Source: Octopus vulgaris
Lineage: Eukaryota
Direction: 5' to 3'
NCBI GenBank assembly: GCA_951406725.2
Contig: OX597825.1
Location: forward strand, 78,926,001 to 78,990,000
Length of the DNA: 64,000 bases
Both the position numbers and the translations under genes were made by a program. Below the pieces are notes generated by a model. The model was not told the origin of the DNA, searched no databases, and saw nothing but the letters and a program-made list of their open reading frames with translations. The first letter of the stretch is position 1; each line of letters starts with the position of its first letter. Positions 1 to 13,338 of this stretch are shown here, piece by piece.

Positions 1-540
1 CGGCAGAATTTGAACTCTGAACGTAAAGACAGACGAAATACCACTAAGCATTTCGCCCAGCGTGCTAACAATTCTGCCAGCTCACCACCTTAATAGAGAG
101 GACTATTATTATATGGCAAGCTAGCAGAATCATTATCATGCTGGGTGAAGTGCTTAGCAGTATTTCGTCTGTCATTACATTCTGAGTTCAAATTCTGCTG
201 AGGTCAACTTTGCCTTTCATCCTTCAGGGTCAATAAATAAAGTACTATTGAAACATTGGGGGTCGATGTAATCAACTAATCCCCTCAAATTTCAGGCCTT
301 GTGCTTCTAGTAGAAAGGATTATTATGTGGAGCAGAGAGGCTGATCTGTGAGAGAGTTAGAAAAATACCTTGCAGTATTTGTTCTTGCTGTTCACATTTT
401 GTGTTCAGATCCTACTGAGATCAGCTTTACCTTTCACTCCTCCAGGGTCAATAAAATACCAGTAAAGTTCTGGAAACAGCTTAATTAACTAACTCCCATC
501 ACATCAAAAATTTCTGTCTTTGTGCCAGAAATTTAGAAAT
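1..540. mobile_element. Cluster of SINE family A copies (1-90 minus; ~113-322 and ~330-540 plus)
   Basis: gagctggcagaatc..gagttcaaattc..gcctttcatcctttcggggtcgataaa..agtaccag motifs; the central block resembles the Meta/MESC SINE domain (from memory). Confidence 0.75.
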
Positions 541-698
541 AATTATTATATGGGGTATATTGGCAGACTCGTTAAGAGCATTGGATAAAATATCCTGCAA
601 TAACGTTACAGCTCTTTATGCTTTAAGATCAAATCTTGCAGAGATTAACTGTACCTTTTATTTTTCTGGGACCAGTAAAGTACCAAATATTGGGGTTG

Positions 699-1052
699 GA
701 GTAAAGATTATTTGCCAACATAACATGGCAGTCCAGGTGTAGGATGACTGATGCTGTAATTTAGCCCCAGGAGACATCATCTCCAGCTGGCTATACGACA
801 ATCTGTGTCCTTATATTTTCAAACAAGGGAATCCAGCACCCCAACTCAGCTTGAGCAATATCTGTGTATCACAATTTCCGGGTTAGTTTGAAAATATAAG
901 GACACAGATTGTGTCTTATAGCCAGCTGGAGACGATGTCTCCTGGGGCCAAATTACAGCAACATTCGTCCTAAACCAGGACTGCCATGTTATGTTGGCAA
1001 ATAATCTTTACTCCAAAGTACTGTTGCTGAATATCTCGTGTTGTGAGATTTA
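699..1052 (+). mobile_element. Fold-back Penelope-like fragment inserted in a SINE
   Basis: 15-bp TSD caaatattggggttg (684-698, 1053-1067); ~130-bp inverted arms (outer 39 bp perfect, 696-734 / 978-1016); unpaired ~36-nt tail 1017-1052; arm homologous to 35163-35300. Confidence 0.6.
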
Positions 1053-3353
1053 CAAATATTGGGGTTGTTTTAATCAAGTCATCCTACTAAATCTGTGGTC
1101 ATGGGCCTATGTTAGAGATCAGGGATGGTGGATTAGCAGAACCATTAGACAAGACGCCTCATGGGGATTTAGCTACAGTCCTTTATACTGTGAGGTCAAC
1201 TTCAATTTTCATCTTTGCAGAGTCAATAAAATAAAGTACTGAGGTAGATATGATTGATATATTTCTGTCTTGCCATTATCATCATCATTTAACATCAGTG
1301 TTCCATGCTGGAATGGGTTGAGAGGACCCAAGGACTGCCTTGTATTCCAGTGTCTGTTTTGGCAGAAAGCAGAAGGCGATGAACTGGCAGAATCATTAGC
1401 ATGCCAGGTAAAATGTTTAGTGATATTCTGTCCAGTTTCATGTTCTGAGTTCAAATTCCACTGAAGTCAACTTTGACTTTCATCCTTCCAGGTTTGACAA
1501 AATAAGTACCAGTTGAACACTGGGGTTGATCAGATCAACTGGAACCCTTGTCGTCGTCACCAACGGAGTGCCATTAATGTTATATGTTGTACATTAGCCA
1601 CTAGGATACAGTTGTGTATCTTGTGATACAATTGGGTTGCAAACTGGCTGTCATTAAAGAATAGAATACCATTAAAGTGGTATTTTATTCTAATTCTCTG
1701 TGATTTGTGTTCACATCCTGCTGAGGTCAACTTCGCTTTTCGTCCTTTCATGGCTGACCAAAAACCATATCAATCCAGATTAGTGAATTGGTGGAACTGT
1801 TAGAAGATTACGCAAAGTTCCTTACAGTTTCTGTTTTGGATCTTTGTGTTCTGTGAAAACATTACTGCTAAGTCCGGTGGCCTTTCCTTTGAATAAACAT
1901 TGCTGGTGTAGAAAATGGGAAACTTGCATGTATGGGCAATTTCCAGTCTTCCAAAAGCATCTTGCCCATGCCTGCATATACAGGGACAGATGTATGGTCA
2001 ACGTTAACATATGGAAACCCAGGAACTTTAACAGAAAGCCAATGATGAAACCTAGTTTCTGTGATATGTTTTTTCATATTCAAAATATGTTTCAGTGAGT
2101 TTTTGATGATGTTTGCTGCTGTCTGTGTGTATGTGTGTATTGTCTGACTGTATGTTTAATAATGTGTTATCCATCGAATTTTTCTGTAAGCAGTCACAAC
2201 TGTGCCAGGAACTTCTGTACCCCATTAGCCTTGACAGGTTCTTAATTCCATGATGATGTGCCTCTTCCAATAAACATCAATGTTGTTGAGAGGTCGTATT
2301 CTCTGTTAGGCAGCAGATGTTTCCAAAATATAACATCCCTTATGATCTGCTTAACAGCAGTGGCAGAGATGGGTAAAATGTGTCTACAATCCTCCTCTTC
2401 CTCTTTTGATTTGTGCTCATTCCATGAAATGTTTTGGGCCATTGTGTAATTCTGGCTGTCAAAACTTCAGGGATCCAAGTGTATGACATGATAAACACCT
2501 TTTATGACCTCAGTGAACTGACTCAGGAAAATCGATCAGCAATAGCAGGATGCTGGAGAGAATTTTTATGAAATGTCTGTCATTTCCCACCTAATCAAGC
2601 CTCCAGCTTTTGCTGAAGTTAGTGTTGCTATCAAAAGGTTAAAAAGGGTAAAACAAACCCCTGCAAGACAGGACAACATTTCACCAAGAGATCTGGAAAT
2701 AGGTAGATGATTACACTGCACAAGAGTGCTTCATTGTCACATCAGAGGTATAGGTAGAATCAGGAGTATAGTTTACTCAGCACTGGGAAGATACAATACC
2801 ATCATAGTTACCAGCTATAAAAGCAAGGGAGATAAATCTACTTGCTCCAACCTGTGACAGAGAACACTCTTATCCATTGCTGAGAATCTCCAAGCCATCA
2901 TTACAAGATGACTTTAGAAAACAGTACAGAGAACCACATCAGGATTCGTTCATTGTATTTATAACTCAAAGGTTCAAGAATCTTCTGTGGAATATTCTCA
3001 GAAAGTTTGGTTGTCTACCCATAGCTCCAAATTCCCCCTGCCAGTTTCAGAGATGATACTGTTGGAAGGCAGAAATCAGCCCTTCAAGGTAAAAATGGGA
3101 ATTGAGCAATGCTGTATGCTGGCTCCATACCATAAAATTTTTTCCTCGTTGGTATGATCACATTGTTCTGTAAAAACACAGAAAGGCAGGCAGAATCACT
3201 ATTAACTTCTGACTTGTTGGGAATCCTTTCAACATTAGAAGGCAGTAGATCATCACCAAACACAGGTCTGAACAGGTTACTGGATACAGAATGTATGCTG
3301 ATGAATGTGCTCAGGTAAATCGACTCAAGCCCTGTGGGTTTTCATTGCAGCAA

Positions 3354-3694
3354 CTCTCTTTTACTTGTTTCAGTCATTTTACTGTGGCCATGATGGAGCA
3401 CCACCTTTAGTCGAGCACATCGACCCCAGGACTTATTCTTTTGTAAGCCTAGTACTTATTCTATCGGTTTATCGGTTGTCAAACGATGTTGGGGGGACAA
3501 ACACAGACACACTCATACCTATATATATATACGACGGGCTTCTTTCAGTTTCTATCTACCAAATCCACTCACAAGAATTTGGTCGGCCCGACGCTATAGT
3601 AGAAGATACTTGCCTAAGGTGCCATGCAGTGGGACTGAACCCGGAACCATGTGGTTCATAAGCAAGCTACTTACCACACAGCCACTCCTACGCC
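3354..3694 (-). mobile_element. SINE family B (tRNA head ggcgtaggagtggctgtgtggtaag, internal microsatellite, gtaaaaga tail)
   Basis: Similar to the copies at 6487, 19428, 39768 and 59277. Confidence 0.8.
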
Positions 3695-3877
3695 TATTAA
3701 AGACTTGGAAGAATGGATCTGATTGTAAATATAAAAAAAAACTGAGGTTATCCTCAATGATACACTGTATCATCTACCTCTTTCTCACTTTTTCAATACA
3801 GCAGTAAACTGAAAGAGGGAGATTCCATGCCACCCCAGATAGCAGGCCTTTGGGTGTCTTTGGATGACTCATAAAGA

Positions 3878-4399
3878 AATTGCAATGTTATCATTATGAA
3901 TATGCTTGATGCATGTTTGAACCAGGGAACAAGCCACTCACTGTGTTTTGTCATGGAGAATATATCTCGCTTGTTGACAAATAGTGTGTATGCACGTAGA
4001 TCAATTAGATATTCGGACCGATAACATTTCACTTATCACTGCTTAGCGCTCCCTCTCTGTAATTCACTTATGGTGAGCTGCTGTATAGTGTTGCCAGTCA
4101 TCGTACGGTGACTGGAAAAGCATAAGAGAGCTAATCTCTTAATTCAGCTCGCAATGCCGTCTGCTTAGTGTCTGTGACCGATGAGGAGATAACTACTCCG
4201 AAATGCTAGCATCTCAGAGTCTAGGTAGATGGTCCTGCGAGCTGGTCTAGGTGTACACATACCATTTGTCAACAAGTAAGATATATTCTCTGTGACAAAA
4301 CGCAGTGAGTAGCTTCAGTTCAAACGTGCATCAAGCACACTCGGACTGATAATAACATTGCAATTTCACTTATCACTGCTTGGCACTCCTCCTCCGTAA
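3878..4399 (+). mobile_element. Penelope-like pLTR / retrozyme-type insertion carrying a hammerhead
   Basis: 9-bp TSD tcataaaga (3869-3877, 4400-4408); inverted copy 3876-4003 of 4243-4367; direct repeat 4013-4066 / 4341-4402; hammerhead 4145-4244. Confidence 0.65.
4145..4244 (+). ncRNA. Type-I hammerhead ribozyme fold (U4>C variant)
   Basis: CCGATGA 4178-4184; helix II GGAG/CTCC; GAAA 4200-4203; palindromic helix III ATGCTAGCAT; AUC cleavage site at 4213; long helix I 4157-4177/4214-4232 plus outer helix CAGCTCGCA/TGCGAGCTG. Confidence 0.7.
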
Positions 4400-4557
4400 T
4401 CATAAAGAGTCTTTTTAAACAAGCATCACAGCCACTGCACCAAGGACCTCTGCTGTCAGGCACTCTGTGACAAGGGTGCAAGGCATGTACTACATATAGC
4501 CAACACATTGAAATCCACGGTACCTTTAATATCCAATATGTCCAGAAAACGTTTTAA

Positions 4558-4865
4558 CCCCTTCCCGGTGACTTTTGTTGGAGAGAACGTTACATTTTCA
4601 GGCAAATATTTTTTATCAGACAAGTTTGCACTCTCATCTGATGTATCCAAGCTTCTAATACATGGTTTGTACTCATTGTCATCCTCTGAGCTTAACATCT
4701 GGATGTGATTTGTAAAGAAAAAAAAAAAAACAGACAGAAACCGAGAATTGACGTATAAACTCGTTTGTGACTGTTTTTGAAATTCTGTGTTTTGGACAAG
4801 TTTACTCATTGCACTCCAAAAAAGACAAATTGGATGAAGACAAGTCATCTTTGCCAGGTAAGGGG
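4558..4865. mobile_element. piggyBac-derived MITE
   Basis: TTAA on both sides (4554-4557, 4866-4869); TIRs ccccttcccgg / ccaggtaagggg; internal acidic peptide (SSEDDNEY..DTSDES) resembling a piggyBac N-terminus. Confidence 0.65.
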
Positions 4866-4918
4866 TTAAGTCAGATTATGCACATAGAAATCCTCTGTTG
4901 AGTTCAACACCAGCAGCA

Positions 4919-5283
4919 GGAGGCGCAATGGCCCAGTGGTTAGGGCAGCGGACTTACGGTCGGAGGATCGCGGTTTCGATTCCCAGACCGGGCGTTGTGT
5001 GTATTTATTGAGCGAAAACACCTAAAGCTCCACGAGGCTCCGGCAGGGGGTGGCGGCGACCCCTGTTGTACTCTTTTGCTCCAACTTTCTCTCACTCTTT
5101 CTTCCTGTTTCTTATCCCCGACTTCCTACGCAACCGCTGAGCCTGGATCTGCATTCATCCATCCGTCGATGCTCTCGGTGTTGGGGGTTGACCTGCTTTT
5201 TCTTCTGCAGGTCTTACGAATAGCAAAGAACCACATTTCGGACTTCTCCCAGGACGAAGACCGCTTCGCTCAACAAACAAACA
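4919..5283 (+). mobile_element. Young full-length tRNA-derived SINE
   Basis: A box TGGCCCAGTGG, B box GGTTTCGATTCC, (CAAA)n tail, perfect 13-bp TSD aacaccagcagca (4906-4918, 5284-5296), CpG-rich. Confidence 0.85.
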
Positions 5284-5717
5284 AACACCAGCAGCATTGA
5301 ATCCACGCTATAAAGGCATCCTCTATGGCCAGTTATGGTCAAAGCCTGGTTAGAAAAACCAAAAGAGTTCAAAGATTATTTGAAGACCACTTTGAAGAAG
5401 AAAAACACCAATTCTTTAGTAGTAAAGTAATAGACATGACCACCTGTCACACATTTTAGTGATTTCACTCACTGGTGGAAAGCTTGAAAGCATAGACGTT
5501 AAGTGCACCCAATACTCTCACAAGTGAGAAAAGAGGCAAGTGTGCAGAGCTTCCCCACCTAGACGTCTACAACCAAAACATTTACATGTTCCTTGTACAA
5601 GTGAAGCTACACATGAAGGAGTGGAATATTCTGTCATCAAAGGATGCACAAATAAGGAAGACTTGTCATCATCTGATGGACAACTAGAAATAGAAGCTAT
5701 CATATTAAGAATGTGTA

Positions 5718-6300
5718 GGCGGCGAGATGGCAGAAGCGTTAACACACCAGGCAAAATGCTCAGTGGTATTTCGACTGTCTTTACAGTCTGAGTTCAAATT
5801 CTGTTGAGGTTGACTCCGCCTTTCATCCTTTTGGGGCCGATAAATTAAGTACCAGTTGTGTACTGGAATCGATCTAATTGACTGGCCCTCTCCCCCAAAT
5901 TTTCAGGCCTTGTGCCTATACTATAACGGTTTATATGACGAATATGTGTTTATGAGTTAACATTGTGTGTACGTATGAGTTTTATATCAAAATATTCCTA
6001 CCTTCGTTCTGTTTAGAGTGATCACACTTTTGAGGTTCTCTCACACCTGATACTGTTCTCCTCTATTATATTATTTCTTCAAGGTGGTGAGCTGGCACAA
6101 TCGTTAGCACACCAGGTGAATTGTTTAGCAGCATTTCATCTGCCACTGCTTTCAGAGTTCAAATTCCGCTGAGGTCAACTTTGCCTTTCATCCTTTCAGG
6201 GTCAATAAAATAAGTACCAGTTATGCACTAGAGTCAATGTAATCTACTAAACCCCCTTTCCCGCAAAATTTTCAGGGTTTTATGCTTAGACTAGAAGTAA
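5718..6300 (+). mobile_element. Two SINE family A copies (5718-5925, 6083-6300)
   Basis: Same motifs as the other family A copies. Confidence 0.75.
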
Positions 6301-6486
6301 TTCCATTATTTCTTTGATTGCCATTCCATGTAACCATACTACTTTTTATGTCCCAAATACTGTTTAACATGGTAAGATCAGATCAGGACAGAGAGATTTT
6401 CCAGTTAATCCATTCAAAGTGAACAACTACAGAGAGGCTTTGTTGATTGCTTGACGCAGTTGGGTAAGATGTGGTAGTTATTCACA

Positions 6487-6866
6487 GGCATAGGAGTGGC
6501 TGTGTGGTAAGTTGCTTGCTTACGAACCACATAGTTCCAGGTTCAGTCCCACTGCATGGCACCTTGGGCAAGTGTCTTCTACAATAGCCTCGGGCCGACC
6601 AAAGCCTTGTGAGTGGATTTGGTAGACGGAAACTGAAAGAAGCCCATTGTATATATGTGTTTGTATATGTTTGTGTGTCTGTGTTTGTCCCTCCAACATC
6701 ACTTGACAACTGATGCTGGTGTGTTTACGTCTCCATAACTTAGCGGTTTGGCAAAAAGAGATCGATAGAATAAGTACTAGGCTTACAAATAATGAGTCCT
6801 GGAGTCAACTAAAGGTGGTGCTCCAGCATGGCCACAGTCAAATGACTGAAACAAGTAAAAGAGTAA
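6487..6866 (+). mobile_element. SINE family B, near full length
   Basis: A/B-box-like head, accttgggcaagtg core-like motif, same tail as the other copies. Confidence 0.8.
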
Positions 6867-9800
6867 CAGTTTCTTAACCAGAAATATTTCATTCCACAAC
6901 ATAAGATGTTAGTCAATCCAAGTCATCAGGAACTGACCTGATGACCTGAGGCTACACCAACTTCTGCTTTGTAAAGCCAATATTTTTTTTATCAAAGGTA
7001 TTGATCAGTCATGGAGAGCTTGTGGCCCGAGTGACTTTCTGAATGGCACACTTAATGAAAAATTACCTTGAATTTCTTTATAGTGTGGCCTCGTGTCTCA
7101 TGTGGCCTGCTTCTCAAAAAGGGTTGCTCATACCTGTTGTAGATCCTACTACGAATCTATTCGTAGTAGAAGTACTTCACCTGTAAGACTTCGGAATGTC
7201 ATTACTCTAAGATACTCTAATCCATTGCTTTTTTCTACTTCTTGAAGAATTCTGGAGATGTGGAAATGTACTTTCAAAATCTGGAGATGTTTACCAAAAT
7301 CTGGGAGTTAAAATATTGACCTGAAGAAATGAAAATAAAAAGTTAAAGAGTCAATATTACAAAATTAATTTATTGTAAAATATGCAAATGACAAAACAGA
7401 AGATGGGAAAAAAAACAACAACATACAAATGAAGAGAAATTTTACATATTTATTTACTTTAATAATATTTTGGTAAATGTAAAAAGTCATTTTTCAGCAA
7501 CACTGATGTCACAAAAAGATAAAGGCTTTTATGTATATATCTCCTTTCTTTTCCTCAGAATCACTTTAGCATGTTTTCAACAACTGTTAATTATGATCAA
7601 ATTAAATAATGATATTAAAAAGATGACTTTTCTTCTCAATATAAGTTTGGAGACAGAAAGCAAAATTACTACACAAGACCAATTATTTTATTTAATTTTT
7701 TTTTTTAAATTGATTTTCTTTTCTTTTTTGTGTGTGTGTGTGTGTTTGTGTGTGTTCCATTTCAAAAAGATTTTTGAAAACAAGTTTCTCACAGCTGGTC
7801 ATAAGTCTATAATACTTGTGTGAAGTAAAGAATTTTTCAAGAACCAACACATCTTAAAGTGGTTCATCCACTGAATAGAGCCTTTTTTTTCCTTTCCTTT
7901 TTTGGTAAACAGAAGATGCAGAGTTAACTGCTTCACAGCTGACTTAATTTACTTAGTAAATCAGAATTGTTCCCACGTATCAGGTGGACAGAGTAGTAGT
8001 AGTAGTAGTAGTAGTGATGGTGTTGATGGTAGTGGTGGTGATAAGAAAATTATAAGTTTTTTAAAGTTCACTAACCAAAGTTTAGAGAATTCAAAGTAAA
8101 ATTTTTTTCAAAGAACTAGATTATTATTAATATTATCATTATTACTATTGTTATTATTAGTAGTAGTAGTAGCTGTTACTCATATCATAGTTTTGATGTC
8201 AAAACACATTAAATCAAGCAGTTAAAAACAGAACATAGAGTAAACGAGGAATTACCAAAAAAAAAAAAAAAAAATCAAACAGCAACAATGATTAGAAAAA
8301 TATTGTAACCATAGAAATTTATTAAGTAATAATAATAATAATAATTGAAAACAAAACAAAACATTTAAATCAATAAACGTTTTGATTTATTTCGTAATTG
8401 TTTTGTGTTTCAACAGTTAACATAGAGAGTCCATAACAAATTTTAATACTTTGAATAGCCGCAAAATTGGTTAAATCAGCTTAATTCACATATTATTATT
8501 ATAATTATTATTATTATTATTATTATTATTATGAACAAGTTTAACTGAACTGGTACAAACACTTCAGCAGCAGCAGCAATAGGAGGAGATATTCATTAAA
8601 AGACAAATTCGGATAACAATATTCCAGCCCTTCCTTCAATGGCAGAATGAAGACATTTACAAAGAACCTAACTCTGAAAGTTGCTAAAATATGAAGAACC
8701 CATATTTTCATAGGTATCCATTAAAGACAATTGTTTTCACTTCTAAAGACGAGTATTTATGCTGATTCCTAACATTGGCAAAAAGCCACAGGTTTTTGTG
8801 CAGAGGTGATTAAATTGACAGTGCTTGACTGGTATTTAGTTATATTCACCCCATGAAAATGAAAGGCAAAAATTGACCCTGACATGATTTGAACACAGAA
8901 TTTAAAGGGATGTAACTAAATACTACAAGGCATTTTTTTTCCACCACTCTACAGATTCTTGCAATTACTGTCCCCCCTCCCACCAAAAAAAAATAATATT
9001 TGTTTCAAATTTTAACACAAGGCCAGCATTTTTGGGAAAGCGGCTAAGTTGATTAGATTGACCCCCAGCGCTCAACTGATAATCATTTTATCAACCCCGT
9101 AAAGGTGAACCGTAAAGTCCATCTCAGCAGAATTTGAACTCAGAACGTAAGCATGGACAAAACGCTTAGCAGCATTCTGTCCAGCATGGTAACAGTTCTG
9201 CTAGCTCACTGTCTTCCTTCAAAACAATATCAATTTTAAAAACTATTCAATCCAATTCATTGTTTTTATATAAGTCTAGATATGTACATCTATTCGCTCT
9301 AAGGTGGGATAAATTGAAATAAAATACCCACCTTCATCCACTTTAAAGAGTGAGATTGGATTTATAACGAAGCCATTTCAAGAAATTATAGTTATTGTTT
9401 GGCAAATATTTTTACACTTCAGAAAAGAAAATTCAAAATGGCATCAATGTGTATGTCTCAAATTTTATTGCACCAATTAAAAAGATGATTATATACACAC
9501 ACACACACACACATGCATGCACACACATATGTGTATGCATACATATACACACACACAACAGATACAAACATTTTGAATGAAACCAGAACTAAAATGAAGT
9601 TAAAAACCATTAAAATCAAAAAAAAAAAGAAAAAAAAAATGAAGGGAGACCATTTCAGAGTTTTGATGTTTTGAGTTATTTAGTACTGAGTTTGTTGGCC
9701 AGTGGTGAAAGTTGTGATTGTAATTATTGAAATTACAAATGGAAAGAAATAAGAAAAAAAAGACAGACCATGAAATCAGCCAGTTTAATGATCAGCACTT

Positions 9801-12175
9801 TCAAAATAATATTGAGAAATATGAAAGCCTTTCTTTTTCACAGATATACTTAGTTCTTTCTGACCCCAAAACAAGGCCTGTTGTTCAATGCCTGACGTAT
9901 AATTCCCATTGTGATGGTGTAGGAATCTCTTGAACAAGCTTGTCACCAGCAAGTTTGCTGGAGGCAATGGGTGTTGATCCTGAATTAAAAGCTGACAATG
10001 TTTAATGGAGCCTTATATAATAAGACTGAAAACATTCAGAGACGCTTAGAATTTCCCCCATATTTTTCTGAATGTTGAATTTCATTTAAGACAAAGAAGT
10101 TTTTAACTGATTGATGTTTAGACATATACACACACATCAGATATGAGTAGTTGGCAAAATCGATAAGCAGTAAACCAAATTTTAGAGAGGATTTTTTCTA
10201 TGTGTTTTTGTTTTTTTAGTTAATGAAATATTTTTTTTTTTTTAAATCTAGTTGTATTAAGATCATATGGAAAATACACAATGATGTGAAAGATTCTTTG
10301 ATCAGTTTTAGAATTTCAGTGTATACAGCAAGGTTGAAAATGCAACACATTATATATATATATATTAATATATATATATATGAAAGAGAGAGAGAGAGTG
10401 TGTGTGTGTGTGTGTGAGTGTGTGTGTTAATATGATATTGCTATAGCAGTTTTGATTTCTTTTCAGTACACCTTGGTTATTCATTTTGATAACAATATTA
10501 CAGAATATTACAGGAAAAGTTTTACAACAAAAAGAGAGGAGGCAGAGGAAGGGAAGGGGGAATATGAAATAATTATAATGTAAGTAAAAATTAATACTTG
10601 ATAATACTTTTCAAAAGTACTTTTTCTGGTATATGGTGATTCAGAGAGAGAGAGAGAGAGAGAGAGAAGAAGGAAAAAAAAAAAAAAAAAGGAAAAAAGA
10701 GGAAAAATTCCAACAAATATTGTCATAAAATATATACAGCAAAAACAAATATAGATACTTTGACATACTATTCAACTTGTGGAAGATAACATCCGATGAA
10801 AAACAATTAGATTATCATTATAATTAGAAAAAATAATAACAAAAATATTGTCAACAGTAAGGGAGATCTGAAACGGTAAGAGAACACCCCGATTGATGTT
10901 TTGATGGAAACAACGAAGGAAGTCAATAGCTGAAACTATACAGATCTTCCACTTGGTTTGATTTTTTTTTTTTTTTTTTTATAAAGTGTGTAGTAAAATA
11001 TCTGTTAAACATACAGGATTCTTTCACAAATGAAAGCTTTTTTTCTTATTCAGGTTTATATTGTGTCTTTAGAGCAGACCAGCTGAACCAAAGACGTACT
11101 TGTCCACATTCTAAGGATTTCTGGGTTTTTTTCTTCTTCTTCTTCTTCTTCTTCTTCTTCTTCCTTTGTCTTTTTTGTTTTGTTTTTTTTTTTTTAAATT
11201 AAATTCTTGCTGCTGTTGTATTTTTGAGAGTTCTGATGAAAAGAAAACTGAGAACTAAATCTTTTGAATGTTGCCCTCACAATAATGCCAAGCAGTGCAG
11301 CACAATTATAGTCTGGTTCCAGGTTTTTAAGAGTTACAGGATTCAGTTGAAATGTCACCGGATAATCTGTTAATAATAATGTTTCATGACAACATCCAAA
11401 ATGGAAGTTCCAGCAAACAAGAAGAATGGCAAATATACAATAGATTTTAGTTGAAATGGGATTAATTCAGCTAAGAGATATTTTGTCAAGATTTTAATTA
11501 GAAATTAAAATTTAAGAACACAATGTACAGGTTTCCTTTTTTTTTTGTTTTGTTTTGTTTAAAACAATTAGAATAAAAAATCGAAATATTTGAGAAACAC
11601 AAGAGTTAAATGATCAGATTAGTTTCACAATGAATTCAGAGTTTGTGTAATAAGTTCTAGTTTAGAGAAGAATATAGGCAACATCTTAGAGACCAAAATA
11701 AAACAAACAGAAATATTGTTAAAAAAAGAACAAAGAATGAGCACACAAATAGGATAAGTTTGTTAGGAATAAAGGTAAAAATCATTGAAGACAGCAACGT
11801 TAGACCAATTAGTAACAATATTTAGTTCATCCAGGATCAAATAATTGAAATAATTGAAGAAAAAGAGAGAGAGAATGCAAACAGAATGGAATAATCAAGC
11901 TTCTGAGGCAACAACAAACCCACCAACCACAGAGTTCAGATGAGATGCACAAAGAAGAGTGAACTAATTAGGACAGGTCACTTAATTAGGATCAGAAATT
12001 TTGAAAAAGTGTTATGAGCAGAGCGACAGATATCTAACATTGAAATAACCACAAATGACACAAGAACAGAAAATAACTAAAAAAAAATAACATTATTATT
12101 ATTATTATTATTGCTGTAAGTAAACTGATAGAGTTTATATTATTATTTATTATTATCATAGTTTCTGTTTTAGTA

Positions 12176-12390
12176 ATTCTTTTCTACTCTAGGAACAAGG
12201 CGTGAAATTTTGGGGGAGGAGACCAGTCGATTAGATCGACCCTAGTACACAACTGGTACTTAATTTATTGAACCCAAAAGGATGAAAGGCAAAGTCGACC
12301 TCGGCGGAATTTGAACTCAGAACTTAAAGACAGACGAAATACCGCGAAGCATTTTGCCTAGCTTGCTAACGTTTCAGTTGGCTTGCCACC
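12176..12390 (-). mobile_element. SINE family A
   Basis: Reverse-complement copy, well conserved. Confidence 0.8.
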
Positions 12391-13299
12391 TTCTGTTTTA
12401 GTATCTGTGCAGTCATAGATCACATCATACACATCCAGAGATAAATAGTATTAAGGAAAGCAGAAACAGAAAGGCTACAGGGAAAATTAAAACAATCAAA
12501 CATATATTTTGCTAACTTTCTTTGTTCTAATAAAAAGTTGAGTGAGAAATGTTTTTAATGTTTGTCTAATCTGTGAAAGCTACTCCTAATTTTTGATGAA
12601 AATAATAAAACTTAAATTCTAACAGGCCCTCTACCCTTCCTAAAAAAATTTTAATAAGACAATAAAATGAATGTATTTTCTGCAATAGCAAGTTCAGTAA
12701 CGTGATAACGTCTAGTACCAACTTAGAGGGCGATATTTAATTTTATAAACTGTAGACAAAATGAGAACTAGAAACACTTAAAACAGAGAGATTTTTTAAG
12801 ACTTAAACTGTTTACTCTGACCTTGAATACAAAATAAAATTATGTTGAACCAATGTAGGAGCCTCGACAGGGTTGTGTGACTTACTAGATGTAACTAAGT
12901 TATACTCTTACTGCCTTTAAACGAATAAAATGAAGTAGTCTGAGATAAACTGTCTGTAAAGATGGGATGGTTCTGGCAAGAAGACCTTTGATCATAGGAC
13001 TGACCTGGGGTTAAACAATAACTTAACTGTTTAGAGTAATATAGATAGAAGAACTTATGACAGCCCAGCCTTCCACACCTTCAAACAGCAACTAAGCTAA
13101 AACTGGAGATACCAAACACCACTTCTCAAAGTTAAAGCTTTCTGCCGAAAATTTTGATACAATTAAAAGAAACGGAGAAAGAAGTGGAAGGAGGAAAAAA
13201 AAAAAAAAAAAAAAAACTAGATTTAAAGCTCACATATTAATGTTGTAATGGATTACTTCATCAAGCTGCATTCTTTGATAACTGAAAATGTCATATACA

Positions 13300-13338
<39 letters not shown>

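Larger units (their letters stand above)
1780..5620 (+). mobile_element. Highly degraded RTE/BovB-clade LINE (RT region) hosting nested insertions
   Basis: Frameshifted motifs PPAFAEVSVAIKRLK, IVTSYKSKGDKSTCSN, KFGC, PFKVKMGIEQCCMLAP, YADE (YADD-like), VNIKKTEV, QAFG..RVF and LYGQL...FKDYLK, in colinear order. Confidence 0.65.

Noticed and set aside
696-1016. Classical DNA MITE or pre-miRNA interpretation of the long inverted repeats
   Set aside because: The TSD lies outside an asymmetric unpaired tail and TSD length varies among relatives, which fits retro-insertion with 5' inversion. The stems are longer than typical pre-miRNAs.
4919-4995. tRNA gene
   Set aside because: A/B boxes are present, but the sequence continues into a SINE body with tail and TSD; no complete cloverleaf is evident.
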